The notes under the pieces are model-generated. The model was not told where the DNA came from, ran no database searches, and saw only the letters and a list, made by a program, of their open reading frames with translations. A DNA stretch of 64,000 nt from Antechinus flavipes (taxonomy: Eukaryota), in assembly GCF_016432865.1 (NCBI RefSeq), contig NC_067399.1, positions 108,996,001 to 109,060,000 on the forward strand. The letters run 5' to 3'. A program made the position numbers and the translations under genes. Positions within the stretch are counted from its first letter, which is position 1, and each line of letters begins with the position of its first letter. Shown here one piece after another: positions 26,270-38,429 of the stretch.

Positions 26270-27885
26270 CCATGTTTCTTGGGGGGGGAACTGTGTACCC
26301 TTATTAATTTGCGTTTCTCACCTCCTACTATTTTAACTCCTTATAATGTGGATTCTCTCCTAACCATACAACTAATATTGCTCTCTTTCAAGGTCAGTGA
26401 TAATATATTGTTCATTCACTTTTCCCCTAATCCTTCTATTTCTAAACCTCTTATTATGAATAAATTGACAATCTGGACTATACCCTCTTTCTGAGAATGT
26501 TCTCCTTAAGTTGTCATGGCATTTCTCTGCTTTGGTTTTCTTTCTGCTTGTCAAGTTGATCCATCTTTATCTCCTTTGCTGAATCATCATCCATCTTCTA
26601 CATTTAGGCACAGGTCCCAAGAGTCTCTGTCCTGGGTGCTGTTTTTTTTTTTTTCCAATGCCATCTTTCAATGATCTCATTGGTTGAAATATCATTCCTA
26701 TATAAATAATTCTGAAATCTATATATCCATCCCTTATGTCTCCTAAGCTGCAATGGACATGTCCACCTACCTATTAGATTTCTTCACCTGGATTTCCCAT
26801 AGGTATCTCAAAAGGAATATGTCACAAATATAATCTCTTTTGCTCTAAATACACACAGGACCGACCATGTCACTCCTTCCTCTTAACTTCCTTATTTTAT
26901 CATAGGGGCACCACAGTTTTTGCAGTCATCCAAGCTCACAATCTAGAATTCATACTCAACTTGTTCCTCCCACCTACTCCACAGACTCCAATCAAGTGCT
27001 TCATCATCCCAAATCATTATATTCCCTTTAACTCCTTCTCTCTAAATACAATGTTACATCTTCCCTTAGTTTCTTTTCACCTCTCTTCTGAACTATTTCA
27101 ATAGCCTTCTACTTGATTTCTCTTCCTATTCATCACACAGTTTTAAGTTGATATTCCTAAAACATAGACATAATTATGTCATTTCCTTGCCCCAGGGATT
27201 TTTCATTGCCTTTAAGACAAAATACAATCTCCTCTATATGGTATATAATACTCTTCATATGTGGACCCAAGTGTACCTTTCTAAGATAATAACCTGCTAG
27301 TGTAACACCAATCAAACTGGTCTGCATACTTTCCTTGATTTTAGCACCATACCCATAAATCCCATCCACCCAGCCATCATTCTATCTTTCTGCCATTTTT
27401 CCACATATATACATCCCTTTTCTTATGGCTACACTCATCATTCTTTTGTTCCTATACTACAATGTAAGGGCCTTGAAAGTAGATCCCATACATATTAAGT
27501 GTTTAATTTTTTTTTATTCATTCATCCATTTGTTCATTCATTCATAGCATTCTATTTCTAATCTCTGGGGTTTTGCATAGGCTGTGTCTATGCTTGTAAC
27601 ACTGATGCTGTATCTATGCCCCCCTAAAGCATGAATTTCTTCTAAGAATCACTTTGAATGCTCCACTTTCAAAAGGACATTCCTGATTCACCATGTTATC
27701 AATCTCTGTTCTCAGCTCTCCCCTACCTGTCCCTACCTCCATTGCCATCACTGTTTGCATATGTCTTGGCTTTACTTCTTTGTGAACACACTGTACCCCC
27801 CAGCTTCTATTCCTCGGTGCCTTGCACAGTATCTGGCATAATAGTCACTAGATAAGTGCTTTTAATGGAGTGATTGAATACTTTG
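26270..27885 (+). mobile_element. L2 LINE, ~1.6 kb from RT region to 3' end
   Basis: ctaaccatacaactaatattgctctctttcaaggtcagtgataat (HSTETAL.KVTNDL-like RT motif), typical L2 body, terminus gtgccttgcacagtatctggcataatag...gattgaat. Confidence 0.85.
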
Positions 27886-28074
27886 CCATGATTCTTGAGA
27901 CTCAGTTCCATCAAATAAATGGAAAAGTACATATCAAATTCTGATGAATTAACAAATCAAAGGTGTTATTTCAAATCTAGTTTTTACCCTTTTTACTATC
28001 TCTCGGTTTCCTACCATTGAGTCTGTTCCCATATTCAAAAATGGACTCTAAATTAATTTAAGTATTCCTATCTC

Positions 28075-28255
28075 AATTAAAATGGCACAATGGAAAAGCA
28101 TGAGAAGACAAAACCCAAGTCAAATCCCAGTATTTCTTATTATCTATGTGACCAAACACCCCCTTTTCTCTTTCACTATATATAAAATCAGATGGTTGAA
28201 TCACCTCAAAACAATCATTTTCAGCTCTGATTCCTATGATTCTATAAATCAGTGT
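28075..28255 (+). mobile_element. MIR3 SINE
   Basis: tggcacaatggaaaagcatg...aagtcaaatcccag...tctatgtgacc...cagctctgattcctatgattctat. Confidence 0.65.
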
Positions 28256-28269
28256 CATTATTATTTTCA

Positions 28270-28425
28270 TCACCATCACCATAAGTATTTATTAAGTACC
28301 ATGCTACATACTGTGCTATTTACTGGACATACAAAAAAAAAGAAAAATCAGGTCCTATTTTCAAGGAGTTCATCTTCTGATGAGAGAAACAAATTGTAAG
28401 TAACTATATACAGAATATAAACTCT
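28270..28425 (-). mobile_element. L2 3' end
   Basis: ataagtatttattaagtaccatgctacatactgtgct...gtcctattttcaaggagttcatc. Confidence 0.7.
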
Positions 28426-29285
28426 ATGCAGTGTGTAAACATTATATAATCTCATAGGAAAAGTGCTTGGGAAAAGGAGAGACAAAAAGTTTCAATAAGT
28501 TAAATAACAATAACTAAAAGATGGCACTAACCCTCTCCCTGCAGACTCTCTCCTCAAACCAGGAAAAAAAATGTGCCAAATAAGGTAATAAAAATAATGA
28601 AAAAAGAAGAGAAAAGGGGGATAAAACTCCCCAAAATATAAATTCTTGTGACAGAATAAAAGATGGTGATATTCTAAGCATTGGTGTTACTATAGGTGCA
28701 TCATACTATATTTACTATTAGCCATTCTTTGCTTGTTTGTTTGAATCATTCTTCAAGGTCTACACATAGTTCCATGTGACTTTCAAGTATTTTATCTACC
28801 ACAGTACCTTCATATTTATGAATTTTCCATTTGAAATGATTCAGATTGTCCTCTTAGTAAATGCTAACCTGATGATCTACTGGGAGAGTATCATATGAGG
28901 AAAGGTTAAACTATGAAGGGAAGATTTTACTATGCTATCTAGAATAGAAAGTCAAGATATTTGTGGCAGGGAGGGTGAAATGAAATATATATCCAACCAA
29001 TACCTAGTACATCAAAACTTCCAAGAAGGCAGGATTTGAACCAATTAAAAGAGAAAAAAGATAATGGTTAAAAGAGGAAAATGAAAGGATATTTCTGCAA
29101 GATAGTTGAGTGAGATATATTGCCTAACGCCAGTTCCCTCTCAAAGAAATGGGAGAAGGTTGAGGAAGGGTGTAACTTGAACAGAGTAAATAGTGGAAAG
29201 GAGAGAGAATGAGATTAGCTTATTATAAATGAAAAAATGCACGAGAATGAAGCAGTAATTTAAAAGAAAGAAGAGTTGGTTCCAT

Positions 29286-30060
29286 ATTAAGAAATCCATC
29301 AACACAATTGACTATAAAAATAAGAAAATCAACATAAATCATATGATTATCTTAATAGATACTGAAAAAGTTTTTGACAAAATACAGCACTCATTCTTAT
29401 TAAAAATGCCAGAGAACATAGGAATAAATGGCAACCAATTTGTCCATCCTCTTTGACCCAACAAAAGCAATACTAGGTTCTGTATCCCAAATATATCATA
29501 AAAGGGGGGAAAGGACATACAAGTACAAGAATATTTATAATAGTACTTTTTGTGGCAGCAAAATACTGGAAATTGGGGGGATTCTCAATTGCAGAAGAGC
29601 TGAACAAGCTGTAAAGTATGACTATAATAGAATACTATTGTGCAATAAAAAATGATGAACAGGCAGATTTCAGAAAAACCTGGAAAGAACTGATACAATG
29701 TGAAACAAATGACCTGATGCAAAGTGAAATGAAAAGAACCAAGAAAACATAGTACACAGTATTAGCAACATTATGTGGTGATCAACTATAACTGACTCAG
29801 CTCTTCTCAGATATACAATGATACAAGATAAGTACAAAAGATTGATTAAAGAAAATGCTATCCATAAGCTAATAAAGAATTGATGGATTCTGAGTGCAGA
29901 TCTAAGCATATTTTTTCACTTACTTTGATCTTTCTTGTGTTTTTATATCAAGCTGCCCAACATCTTTGGAATAGAGGAGAGGAGGGAGAAAGGAAGGGAG
30001 AGAAAGAGAAAAAACTGGAACTCAAAAATCTTATTAAAATGAGTGCTAAATTTTATTTGT
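29286..30060 (+). mobile_element. L1 with large internal deletion (RT segment fused to ORF2 C-terminus and 3'UTR)
   Basis: 29286-29431 translates IKKSINTIDYKNKKININHMIILIDTEKVFDKIQHSFLLKMPENIGING (L1 ORF2 RT), then jumps directly to ctttgacccaac...tactaggttctgtatcccaaa and the 3'UTR. Confidence 0.85.
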
Positions 30061-30064
30061 GGAA

Positions 30065-30910
30065 GTTATAATAGCTTTTTATTTTTCCAAGTATATGCAA
30101 TGATCGTTTTCAATATTCACCCTTGCAAAATCTCATGTTCCAAAATTTTCTCCCTCTCTCCCCACCATAGACAACTAGCAACCCAATATAAGTTAAATGT
30201 GTGCAACTCTTCTAAACATATTTCCATATTTGTCATGCTGGGCAAGATAAATCAGATTAAATGGTGAAAGAAAAAAACCAAACAAACAACAAAAAGAAGT
30301 GAAAATACCATGCTTTGACCCACATTAAGTCTCCATAATTCTCTCACTGGGGCTTTACATCAAAAGTCTATTGGAATTGCCTTGAATTACTTCATTGCTG
30401 AAAAGAGCCAAGTCCATCACAGTTGATCATCACATAATCTTGATGTTGCTATGTTCTCTTTGTTCATTCACTTCACTTAGTATCAGTTCATGTAAGTCTT
30501 TCCAGGATTCTCTGAAATCATCCTGCTTATTATTTCTTATAGAATTACAATATTCCATTACATTCATATACCATAACATATTCCCCATATGATGGGCATC
30601 CATTTAATTTCCAGTTACTGCCACTACAAAAAGGGGTACTACAAATATTTTTGCACATATAGGTCCTTTTCTTTTTTCAATGATCTTTTTGAGATAAAGA
30701 ATCATTAATGATACCACTTGATCAAAGGGTATGTACATTTTGATAGCCCTTTGAGCATAGTTCCAAATTGCTCTTCAGAATGGTTAGATTAATTCGTAAC
30801 TACACCAACTGTGCAAATGATCCAGTTTTTCCCCATCCCCTCCAACACTTATCATTATCTTATCATTATCTTTTCCTGTCATCTTAGTCAATCTGAGAGA
30901 AGTGAAATTG
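30065..30910 (-). mobile_element. 5'-truncated L1 (ORF2 C-terminus and 3'UTR)
   Basis: tcacttagtatcagttcatgtaagtctttccagg...atcaaagggtatgtacattttgatagccctttgagcatagttccaaattgctcttcagaatgg is antisense L1 3' end. Confidence 0.9.
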
Positions 30911-31129
30911 TTGTGTCCTGCTTTCTAGAGCTCCCATATCGGGGTGACAAAACATACTATGCTTTCTAGAGCCTCCACACCAGGATGATTAAAATATTGA
31001 GTCCTGCTTTCTGGTTATATTATATTCTTATAAGTTTGAGTCCATTCTCTATAGATTTAAAATGTTATTTTAAAAAATGAAAGAAAGAAGAAATAATTTT
31101 ATATAAGAAAAGATAAAGTTAAAATAATT

Positions 31130-31500
31130 AACTTTAACTGTAAATGAACCCAAATCCCAATAAAACACAGGGGGAAGAACTGAAAAAAAAACCAATAATT
31201 TACTACATTAAAAGAATATACCTAAAACATATAGATACATGTGGAGTAAAAAATGTGGGGATGGAACATAATGTTTTCTATTTCAAGAGATTTCAAAGAA
31301 GTTAAAGTTAAACTCATGATTTCTGATAAGGCCACAAGAAGTATTGTTAGCAAGAAAAATACATAGTGAAACTATCAAATTAAAAGATATCATATTAATA
31401 AAATAAAACCATTATTAAATAAATTTATACAAAATAGGTTAACATCTAACTCTCTTAAGGAAATTATAGACAAATTAGATTTAAAATTTTATAAAATGGA
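31130..31500 (+). mobile_element. Old L1 ORF2 endonuclease-region remnant
   Basis: tttactacattaaaagaatatacctaaaacatatagatacatgtggagtaaaaaatgtggggatggaac resembles degenerate CCLQETHL...DTHRVKVKGW. Confidence 0.5.
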
Positions 31501-31989
31501 ATCACAGGAGATCTTAATTTTATTCTTTCAGAACTGAATAATAGAAAAATAAGCAAAAAAGAAAAATGAACCAAATTTTTAAAAACTTAACATAAAATAT
31601 TATTTGTTATTTTCCAATAAGAATGTTAAAGAATTTACATTTCTAATCATTACTTAGAACTTCCACAAAAAATATGTTCACAGGGAATAAAAATAATAAA
31701 TAGGAAAAAGCAGGAAAAAGAAATATATCTTTGAAAATAACCATAAAATATTAAATGATAAAGAAAGGATAAGCAAAATTATAAAATACATATATGTATA
31801 TAATAGTAGTTTCCCCATACATCATAGAAGCAATATATCACATTTTAAATAAGAAAAAAGAAAATAAGATATATATTTTACTAGTTATCAGAGCAAAATG
31901 TACATGAGATGACATTAATATCAAAAATATTTTTAAAAATTAATGGATTGAGAATAAAATTTAGAAGTTAGAAATTTAATAAAACAAAT

Positions 31990-32340
31990 TTTCTTATTTA
32001 TTTTTCTTATTTTCTTATAACTATAAACTGCTTTGATTTCTTTCTTCTAAAAACTTCCTGTTTTTTCCTTTGACCATTTTTCAATTGGGAAATGGCTCTT
32101 ACTTCTATAAATTTGATTCATTTCTATACCCAGCATATACATTTACATATCTACATATATGTACATACACATATATGTATATGAGAAATGAGATTTTTAT
32201 TAGAGAAACTTGCTATAAAATGTATTGATATTACTTCATTGTCTATGGTAACTTCTATTATCCCGTTTAATTATGTCTGTTCTTATTTTGGCTTTATCTG
32301 AGATCATTATTGCTACCTACCTCAGCCTATTTTTAGTTCA
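31990..32340 (-). mobile_element. Old L1 ORF2 fragment
   Basis: aaaacttcctgttttttcctttgaccatttttcaattgggaaatggctctta...gagatttttattagagaaacttgctataaaa. Confidence 0.7.
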
Positions 32341-32844
32341 GCTACACATTATTTATGCTATTATATTATTTACTTTATTAAATATTCCTCAATTACAGGC
32401 TAATCTTTCAAAAAAGATATCATTTTCAAGACTGAAAGTTTGACATCTCTGCTCTAGGGCATTGTGGCACATGATTTGGAAACTGGTGCTCTAGATAATA
32501 AGGATTAGTAGCTTTTAGAGGAAAGAAAAAGGTTCTCATAGACCACTTTGGTCACAGAAGTCTTAGTGGAATAAATGAAATTGGAGAGCAGTAGTTCTCT
32601 TTCTGTAATTGTGGACAGATAATAAGGAAGATTCATAAAAAGACAGAGTAGTACTCCAAAATCAAGATGCCTCAGAAATGGTAGGAAACTTGGAGGCCAA
32701 CTAGTATAACATATATGAGCAAAATTCCCTTTTATGCTTGTAGCCAATGATTATCATTTAAAAGTATCTATAGATGAGATAATCCACTGTCTATTAAGTC
32801 AAATCATTTGGTTGCAGGATAGCTCTAATTAATTGGCTTTTGGA

Positions 32845-32985
32845 GAAGGAAGTGGCAATTAAGATTAAGGGACTTTTGCAGGGTCATATAGCTAGTAAGA
32901 ATCAAATGTCTGATGTCACATTTGAATTCAGATCTTCATAAATCCAGGGACATTGATCTATCCACTGTGTTACCTACTAGTCCCA
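32845..32985 (-). mobile_element. CORE-SINE (WSINE1/MIR-like) fragment
   Basis: gtggcaattaagattaagggacttttgcagggtcatatagctagtaag...catttgaattcagatcttc...tctatccactgtg. Confidence 0.7.
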
Positions 32986-33178
32986 TAGTATTAGCTTCTA
33001 GTAATAGAGATGAAGGAAAAATGAAAATCCTTCATTATACCAATAACCCAATGGGACCCTATGAGGAAGAAAGATGATATCTGGCAGCTTATAGTAACTA
33101 TCTCTATCCCTATAGCTGTTCCTAATCAATCTACAACATTGTAGATCAGGTAAATAGCCTGGTTTCAAAATGAGTGGT

Positions 33179-33180
<2 letters not shown>

Positions 33181-33222
<42 letters not shown>
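33181..33222. repeat. (TA)n microsatellite
   Basis: About 20 TA units. Confidence 0.97.
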
Positions 33223-33225
<3 letters not shown>

Positions 33226-33684
33226 AATATTTTTGCCTCCTCTATTTCTGTTTGCTTTTACCTAAGAAAGAATCCAATATACTTTCACTGTCACTACCCT
33301 TCTGTAAGACTACCTGAACTCTTTCTTTACTACTACCTTATGGTGATCAGAGAACTGTACAACATCTCCCTTCCTAAGGGCATTGATGTACACCATTAGG
33401 CTAATAACATTATTTTGACTGGGCTAGGTGAGGTCACAGTAACAGAGGTCCTTGATCAGATGGTGGCACACATAGAAGACAAAAGGTAGAAAATCAATCC
33501 TAAGAAAATTTAGGGTCTATCCCTTTCAATCAAATTTTGGGGAATACAGAAGGTACAGAAATTCTTGAGGATTTCAAGCACAGTCCAGAATAAAATACTT
33601 ACATTTGCTTTCTAATGATCTTAGAAGAAAGCCTAGACACTTTTAATCATATCAGTTGGAACAATACATATAGTAAAGGGAAAG

Positions 33685-33920
33685 GAAGGAAAGAAAAAAA
33701 ATCATTTATTAAGTGCCCAACATGTACCAAGCACTATGCTAAAGTGTTTCCAAGAATTATCTCACAGGACTCTCATAACAGTTCTGGGAGTAGATATACT
33801 AATATTATCCTCATTTTACAGTTGAGAAAACTGAACAGTTGTTTGCCTAAATTCACAAGTATCTAAGTCAGTTCTGAGGCCCTGACTCTAGAACTAGCAC
33901 TTTGTGTACTGTGCAATCTC
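33685..33920 (-). mobile_element. MIR SINE
   Basis: catttattaagtgcc...atcctcattttacagttgagaaaactgaac...ctagcactttgtgtactgtgc. Confidence 0.75.
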
Positions 33921-34724
33921 ACTATATCTGTCCTTTTCTTCTTGATCCTGCTTTAGAATAATTTTGCACTGTGTGGGATGAAATGAAATTGAGAAAAACT
34001 GAAAGCAGAGAGGCCAATTTTAGAGTAATCTTACAGAAGATATTAGAAAACTTTAATAGGGTAGTATCAGTGGAAATAGGAAAAAAAGAGAAATTTAAAC
34101 AATACTATAAGGGAAGAATTAATAAGGTATGTTCATTGGTTTGATGGGTAGCTCAATGAAGATGGAGGTATTGAAGATAGTTTCAAAGTTTTCAAGGCTG
34201 ACTCTATACAGAAACTACAAAACAAAACAACAACAAAAAAGAAAAAAAAATTTCTTTAGAATATAATAAAATTTATATATATATACACATATATATGCAT
34301 ATATATGTACTTTTACAGTTTAAAAAGATAATAAAATTCAATAATAATTAACTAAAAATTATATGTTTGATGGAGAAGAGAATAAATAATCCAATCTGGA
34401 TTCAAATTTAAATTTTCCAAACCCATAATCTTATGGAAGCTGCTGAATTTTGGTGGGAGTTTCAAAGAACACAAGGAAGTATGAAGGGAGTAGATACAAA
34501 CACTTTAAAAGTAAAGTTCCTTGGAAAGATAAATCAAATCAAATTAATAGTCAGCTCTCTGGTCACTGCCTTATATCTTATCTTAATGAATTTATCAATT
34601 AATTAATCACCTATGAAGTACTTGAGATATGCAAATAAATATGAAATAGTCTCTATTTTTGAGAAGATTACAGTCTATCTCAAATATTTTCATATCCCCT
34701 TTATTCTGAGTATAACATTTGTTG

Positions 34725-34965
34725 GTTTTATTGTCAGTCCTTTTCAGCTACATCCAGCTCTTTGTGACCCCATTTGAGTTTTTCCAGGCAAAGATAGTGG
34801 AATGGTTTGCCATTTTCTTTTCCAGCTCATTTTACAAATGAGTAACTGAGGCAAACAGTTAAGTGACTTGATGGTCACACAGCAAATAAGTGTCTGAGGC
34901 CAGATATGAATTCAGGAAGATGAATCTAGGCCCCACATTCTATCCACTGTGCTAATTAGCTACCC
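34725..34965 (-). mobile_element. MAR1-type SINE
   Basis: ttgtcagtccttttcagctacatccagctctttgtgaccccatttgagtttttccaggcaaagatagtggaatggtttgccattttcttttccagctcattttacaaatgag. Confidence 0.9.
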
Positions 34966-36354
34966 TCAAATTTGATATTAAAAACAACTTAATGGATGGT
35001 CATTTAAGAGTTTTGGATGTAACCACTTAAGATTGTCTAAAACAAGTTTAATTTTTCTCTTTATATAAGCCAGAATTTGGGAAGTGAAGAGGAGGGGAGA
35101 AAAGTAAAGGAATGTTTCAGTTCACCACATTTTTACCAGTTATAGGGCAGGCGAGTCAGTCCAGTTATAGCAGTAATGCACACTAAGGGACAGTCAGAAG
35201 ACAGCATGTGTCAAACAAGTCAAATCAGCTCAAGCACACCTTTCTTCAGACAAAAAGATAAGTTGACCAGGACTCTGAACCCAAAAGCCTAGCCACAATT
35301 GTGTCACGAGTAATACTTATAGTTGACCAACTATCAAGAAAGCCTAGTGGAAATGGCAGACTGCCTCTCCTCCCTTCTTCCTTTCCACTGGTCCTACTTC
35401 TAATAGGACCTACTCCTAAGAGTAATCCCAAGGAATAGCCACTATGAAAATGTGACCTGGCATCAGCTTCTGAGGCGTATTATAGCTATAGCTATTGAAA
35501 ATCCAGAAAAGAAAATTGGCTTTCTTACTTTATATCTCAAGTGATTAGCACAGAAAAATATGGAAAACACATGTTTAATATTTTTTCATTCATCCATTAA
35601 ACATATTGAATTTTTTATTACTATTAATTGCTATCTGCTATTTATCAATGCCTTAGTAATATGCTGGAATCCTGGGATAGTTGTTGTTGTTGTTTTAAAT
35701 TTAACAATATATCAGGTGTGTATTTGAGATTTTGTATCTGAATAAGGTCCATGGAATCTCAATTCAGCATCAGTTCAGGCTAATAATTCTTTTGTTTTTG
35801 TCTTTTTTCTTCAAATTTCTTTTTCTTCAAATTATTCATACTGAATACATGTATACACACACACACACAAAAATCCTTGATAGAGAGTTAAACAAAAAGA
35901 CCTTTTATGATAAGAAATGGTCACAGATTATTAACATACACTTTCTGAAGGCTGATTATACAACATAAATAACAATAATTCTGAATTAATTCTAGAATAA
36001 TAAGAAATAAGAAACCAACTTTTTAGTCATATCTTTGATATTGATCAATTTTAGAGTGTTTTCTGCATCAGCTTGAATGCAGATATCATATATTTCCCCT
36101 CTAACCCCAAAAGTTTGAAATATGGACAGCAAAGCAGACAAGGAGATCAGAGTGCTTTTGTCTGCATAGAAATCCTTGGATTAACTCAAAGTTCTCTGAA
36201 GCACTGAGTCAATTGAGGGAATTTTTCAATATTCCTATGCTGCTTCTAAAGACATCTCAAAATTACTGGTCTCTAATAAGTAATTATAATGGAATATTTG
36301 ACACCAACATACCCCAAATATTCAGATAATTATTTAAAAAAAAAAAAAACTTGT

Positions 36355-36520
36355 AACTTAGAGTCGAGATCTCAGTTTTAACCTTGGATCTGACACTATT
36401 TGTATAACTTTAGAAAAATCATTTAACTTGTGTGGTCCTCAGTTCCCTAATCTATTAAATGAATAGGTTAGACTAGTTAATTTCTAAAGTCCCACTCTAA
36501 ATATATGACTCTATGTGAAG
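36355..36520 (+). mobile_element. MIR3 SINE
   Basis: ttagagtcgagatctcag...catttaacttgtgtggtcctcagttccctaatctattaaatg...ttagactag...ctctaaatatatgactctatg. Confidence 0.75.
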
Positions 36521-36534
36521 ACACAGGCAATGTA

Positions 36535-36735
36535 TTTTAATCAGTCAACAAGCATTTATGTTCCATCTACTATGTGCTAGAATCCTACTGTGTGCAAGGG
36601 TCACAAAAACAAAAAAGGAAAAGAAAAGACCATCCCTATACTCAGGAAGTTCACAGTCTAATGGTGGAGACAACATGAAACAAATGTACAAACAAGATAT
36701 ACACAAATAAACTGGAGATAATCTTAGCTGAAAGA
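36535..36735 (-). mobile_element. L2 3' end
   Basis: aatcagtcaacaagcatttatg...ctactatgtgc...ccctatactcaggaagttcacagtctaatggtggagacaacatg. Confidence 0.85.
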
Positions 36736-37189
36736 CATTAGCATTAATTATGGGAGATCAGACAAGGACAAGTAAACCCTATACTGGCTTCAGTAACTCA
36801 CTCTGCTTTCAGGAAGGCCTGAGTTTTAATAGAAACACACTTGCCTCCCTTCCTCCCAAGTTCCCACCTCTTTCAGGCAGTCTGCCAACTGAAGCCAAAA
36901 GAGAGAATCCTAGCACATTGTCCCAAACTCCAGCCAGAGCACAAAAATAAACTGTCCCAGAATTTATTTCTTTTAAGAAAAATTGCTTATTCAAGCCTTG
37001 CTTTTCTCGTTTGCCCCCTCCTCTCCTCTCCAAACACTTTTCTTCTAGCATCATGCTATAATGTTGCCATCTGTCTCGCTGCCAGACACACAAAAAAGGG
37101 AAATCCACTTACAAGGAGTTTTGAGGGAACAGAAAAATCAGTTTGTTGTAAGTAAATTGGTATTTTTTTCCCCAACATCATAATGATGA

Positions 37190-37380
37190 TACTGTCTTAC
37201 ATTTATATGGTGCTTTGCAATTCACAGAGTATCTTCATATATATTATTTGATATTCACAACAATCCAATGATGTAAGCAAATATTATTATGCCTTTTCTA
37301 TAACTGAGGAATTGAGGTTCAGAGCAAGTGACTTGGCCAATGTCACATAATTATAAACTGGGAATCAAACACAACTGTTT
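37190..37380 (-). mobile_element. MIR SINE
   Basis: cttacatttatatggtgctttgc...actgaggaattgaggttcagagcaagtgacttggcc. Confidence 0.75.
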
Positions 37381-37769
37381 TAATTTTCTAACTTTTTCTG
37401 GTCATAGAAGAACACGGTCACAATTAAGGGATTCAAGTCATTATGCCTCCAATAGAGCTTTGTAAATGCATACTTAATAGCAATGATTTATTGCAAATTA
37501 CATGTCAAAGAATAATAATCAGACTCTCAAAAGTGGAAAGGATAACAGAAGCCATAAAGTCCACCTCTACTGACACAAGAATTCTTTTTGCAAAAAATCC
37601 AAATATTAGAATCCAATCTTTGCTTTCAAACTTCCAAGGAGTGGGAATCAACACCATTGAGGAAGTCCGTCTTCTTGGATATTACTTTAAGAATTGAACA
37701 TTTTCCCTCAGATCTATCCCAATATTTCCTTTTTGCAACTTGTAGTGATAGCCCCTAACTCTACTCACT

Positions 37770-37925
37770 GTAGAACTAGGACTAGAACTTCTCTTATCAC
37801 TTTTGAAATACTTGAAAAAAGCTATCATGTATTCAGTTAACACTTCTTATTCAGACTAAACATGCCCAGTCCTTTTGATTCATCCTTATATGGCATGATT
37901 TCAAATGCCTCTGAGCACTTCTACT
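37770..37925 (-). mobile_element. L3/CR1 3' fragment
   Basis: ttgaaatacttgaaaaaagctatcatg...cagactaaacatgcccagtcc is antisense of KGDMIAVFKYLK. Confidence 0.7.
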
Positions 37926-37994
37926 TAGCCAAAGACTTTCCTAAAATGTGATTTTGGGTTTTGTTCTTCAATAATGTTTGACTCTTCATAAGCC

Positions 37995-38190
37995 TTTTTT
38001 TTTTTTTTTGGAAAAGGTATTGGAATGGTTTGCCATTTCCTTCTCCAGCTCATTTGACAGAGCAGGAAACTGAGACAAACAGTGTTAAGTGACTTGCCCA
38101 TAATCACACAGCTAGTAAGTATTCTAGTAAGTCAGGAATCTTCCTGACTCCAGGCTGAGAACTCTCTCTATTGTGCCACTCAGTTGTCAA
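37995..38190 (-). mobile_element. MAR1-type SINE
   Basis: ggaaaaggtattggaatggtttgccatttccttctccagctcatttgacagagcaggaaactgagacaaacagtgttaagtgacttgccc. Confidence 0.9.
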
Positions 38191-38429
38191 TGTGGTATGT
38201 TTGATACCAAACCTAAATAAAATATGCTAGATGTTAATATCAATTCTATATTTGTGCACATTATACACTTAAAAAAATAAAATTGTATTGATGTCTTCGA
38301 TTTTTATCCCAAATACATTTCTCAACCTAGTGTTTGGATCTGGTCAGTTAATAGCTCCAAAACCATTTAACTTCACTAATAATGTAATTGTTAAATATCA
38401 GATCTAAATCAATGTCTCACTAATACATT

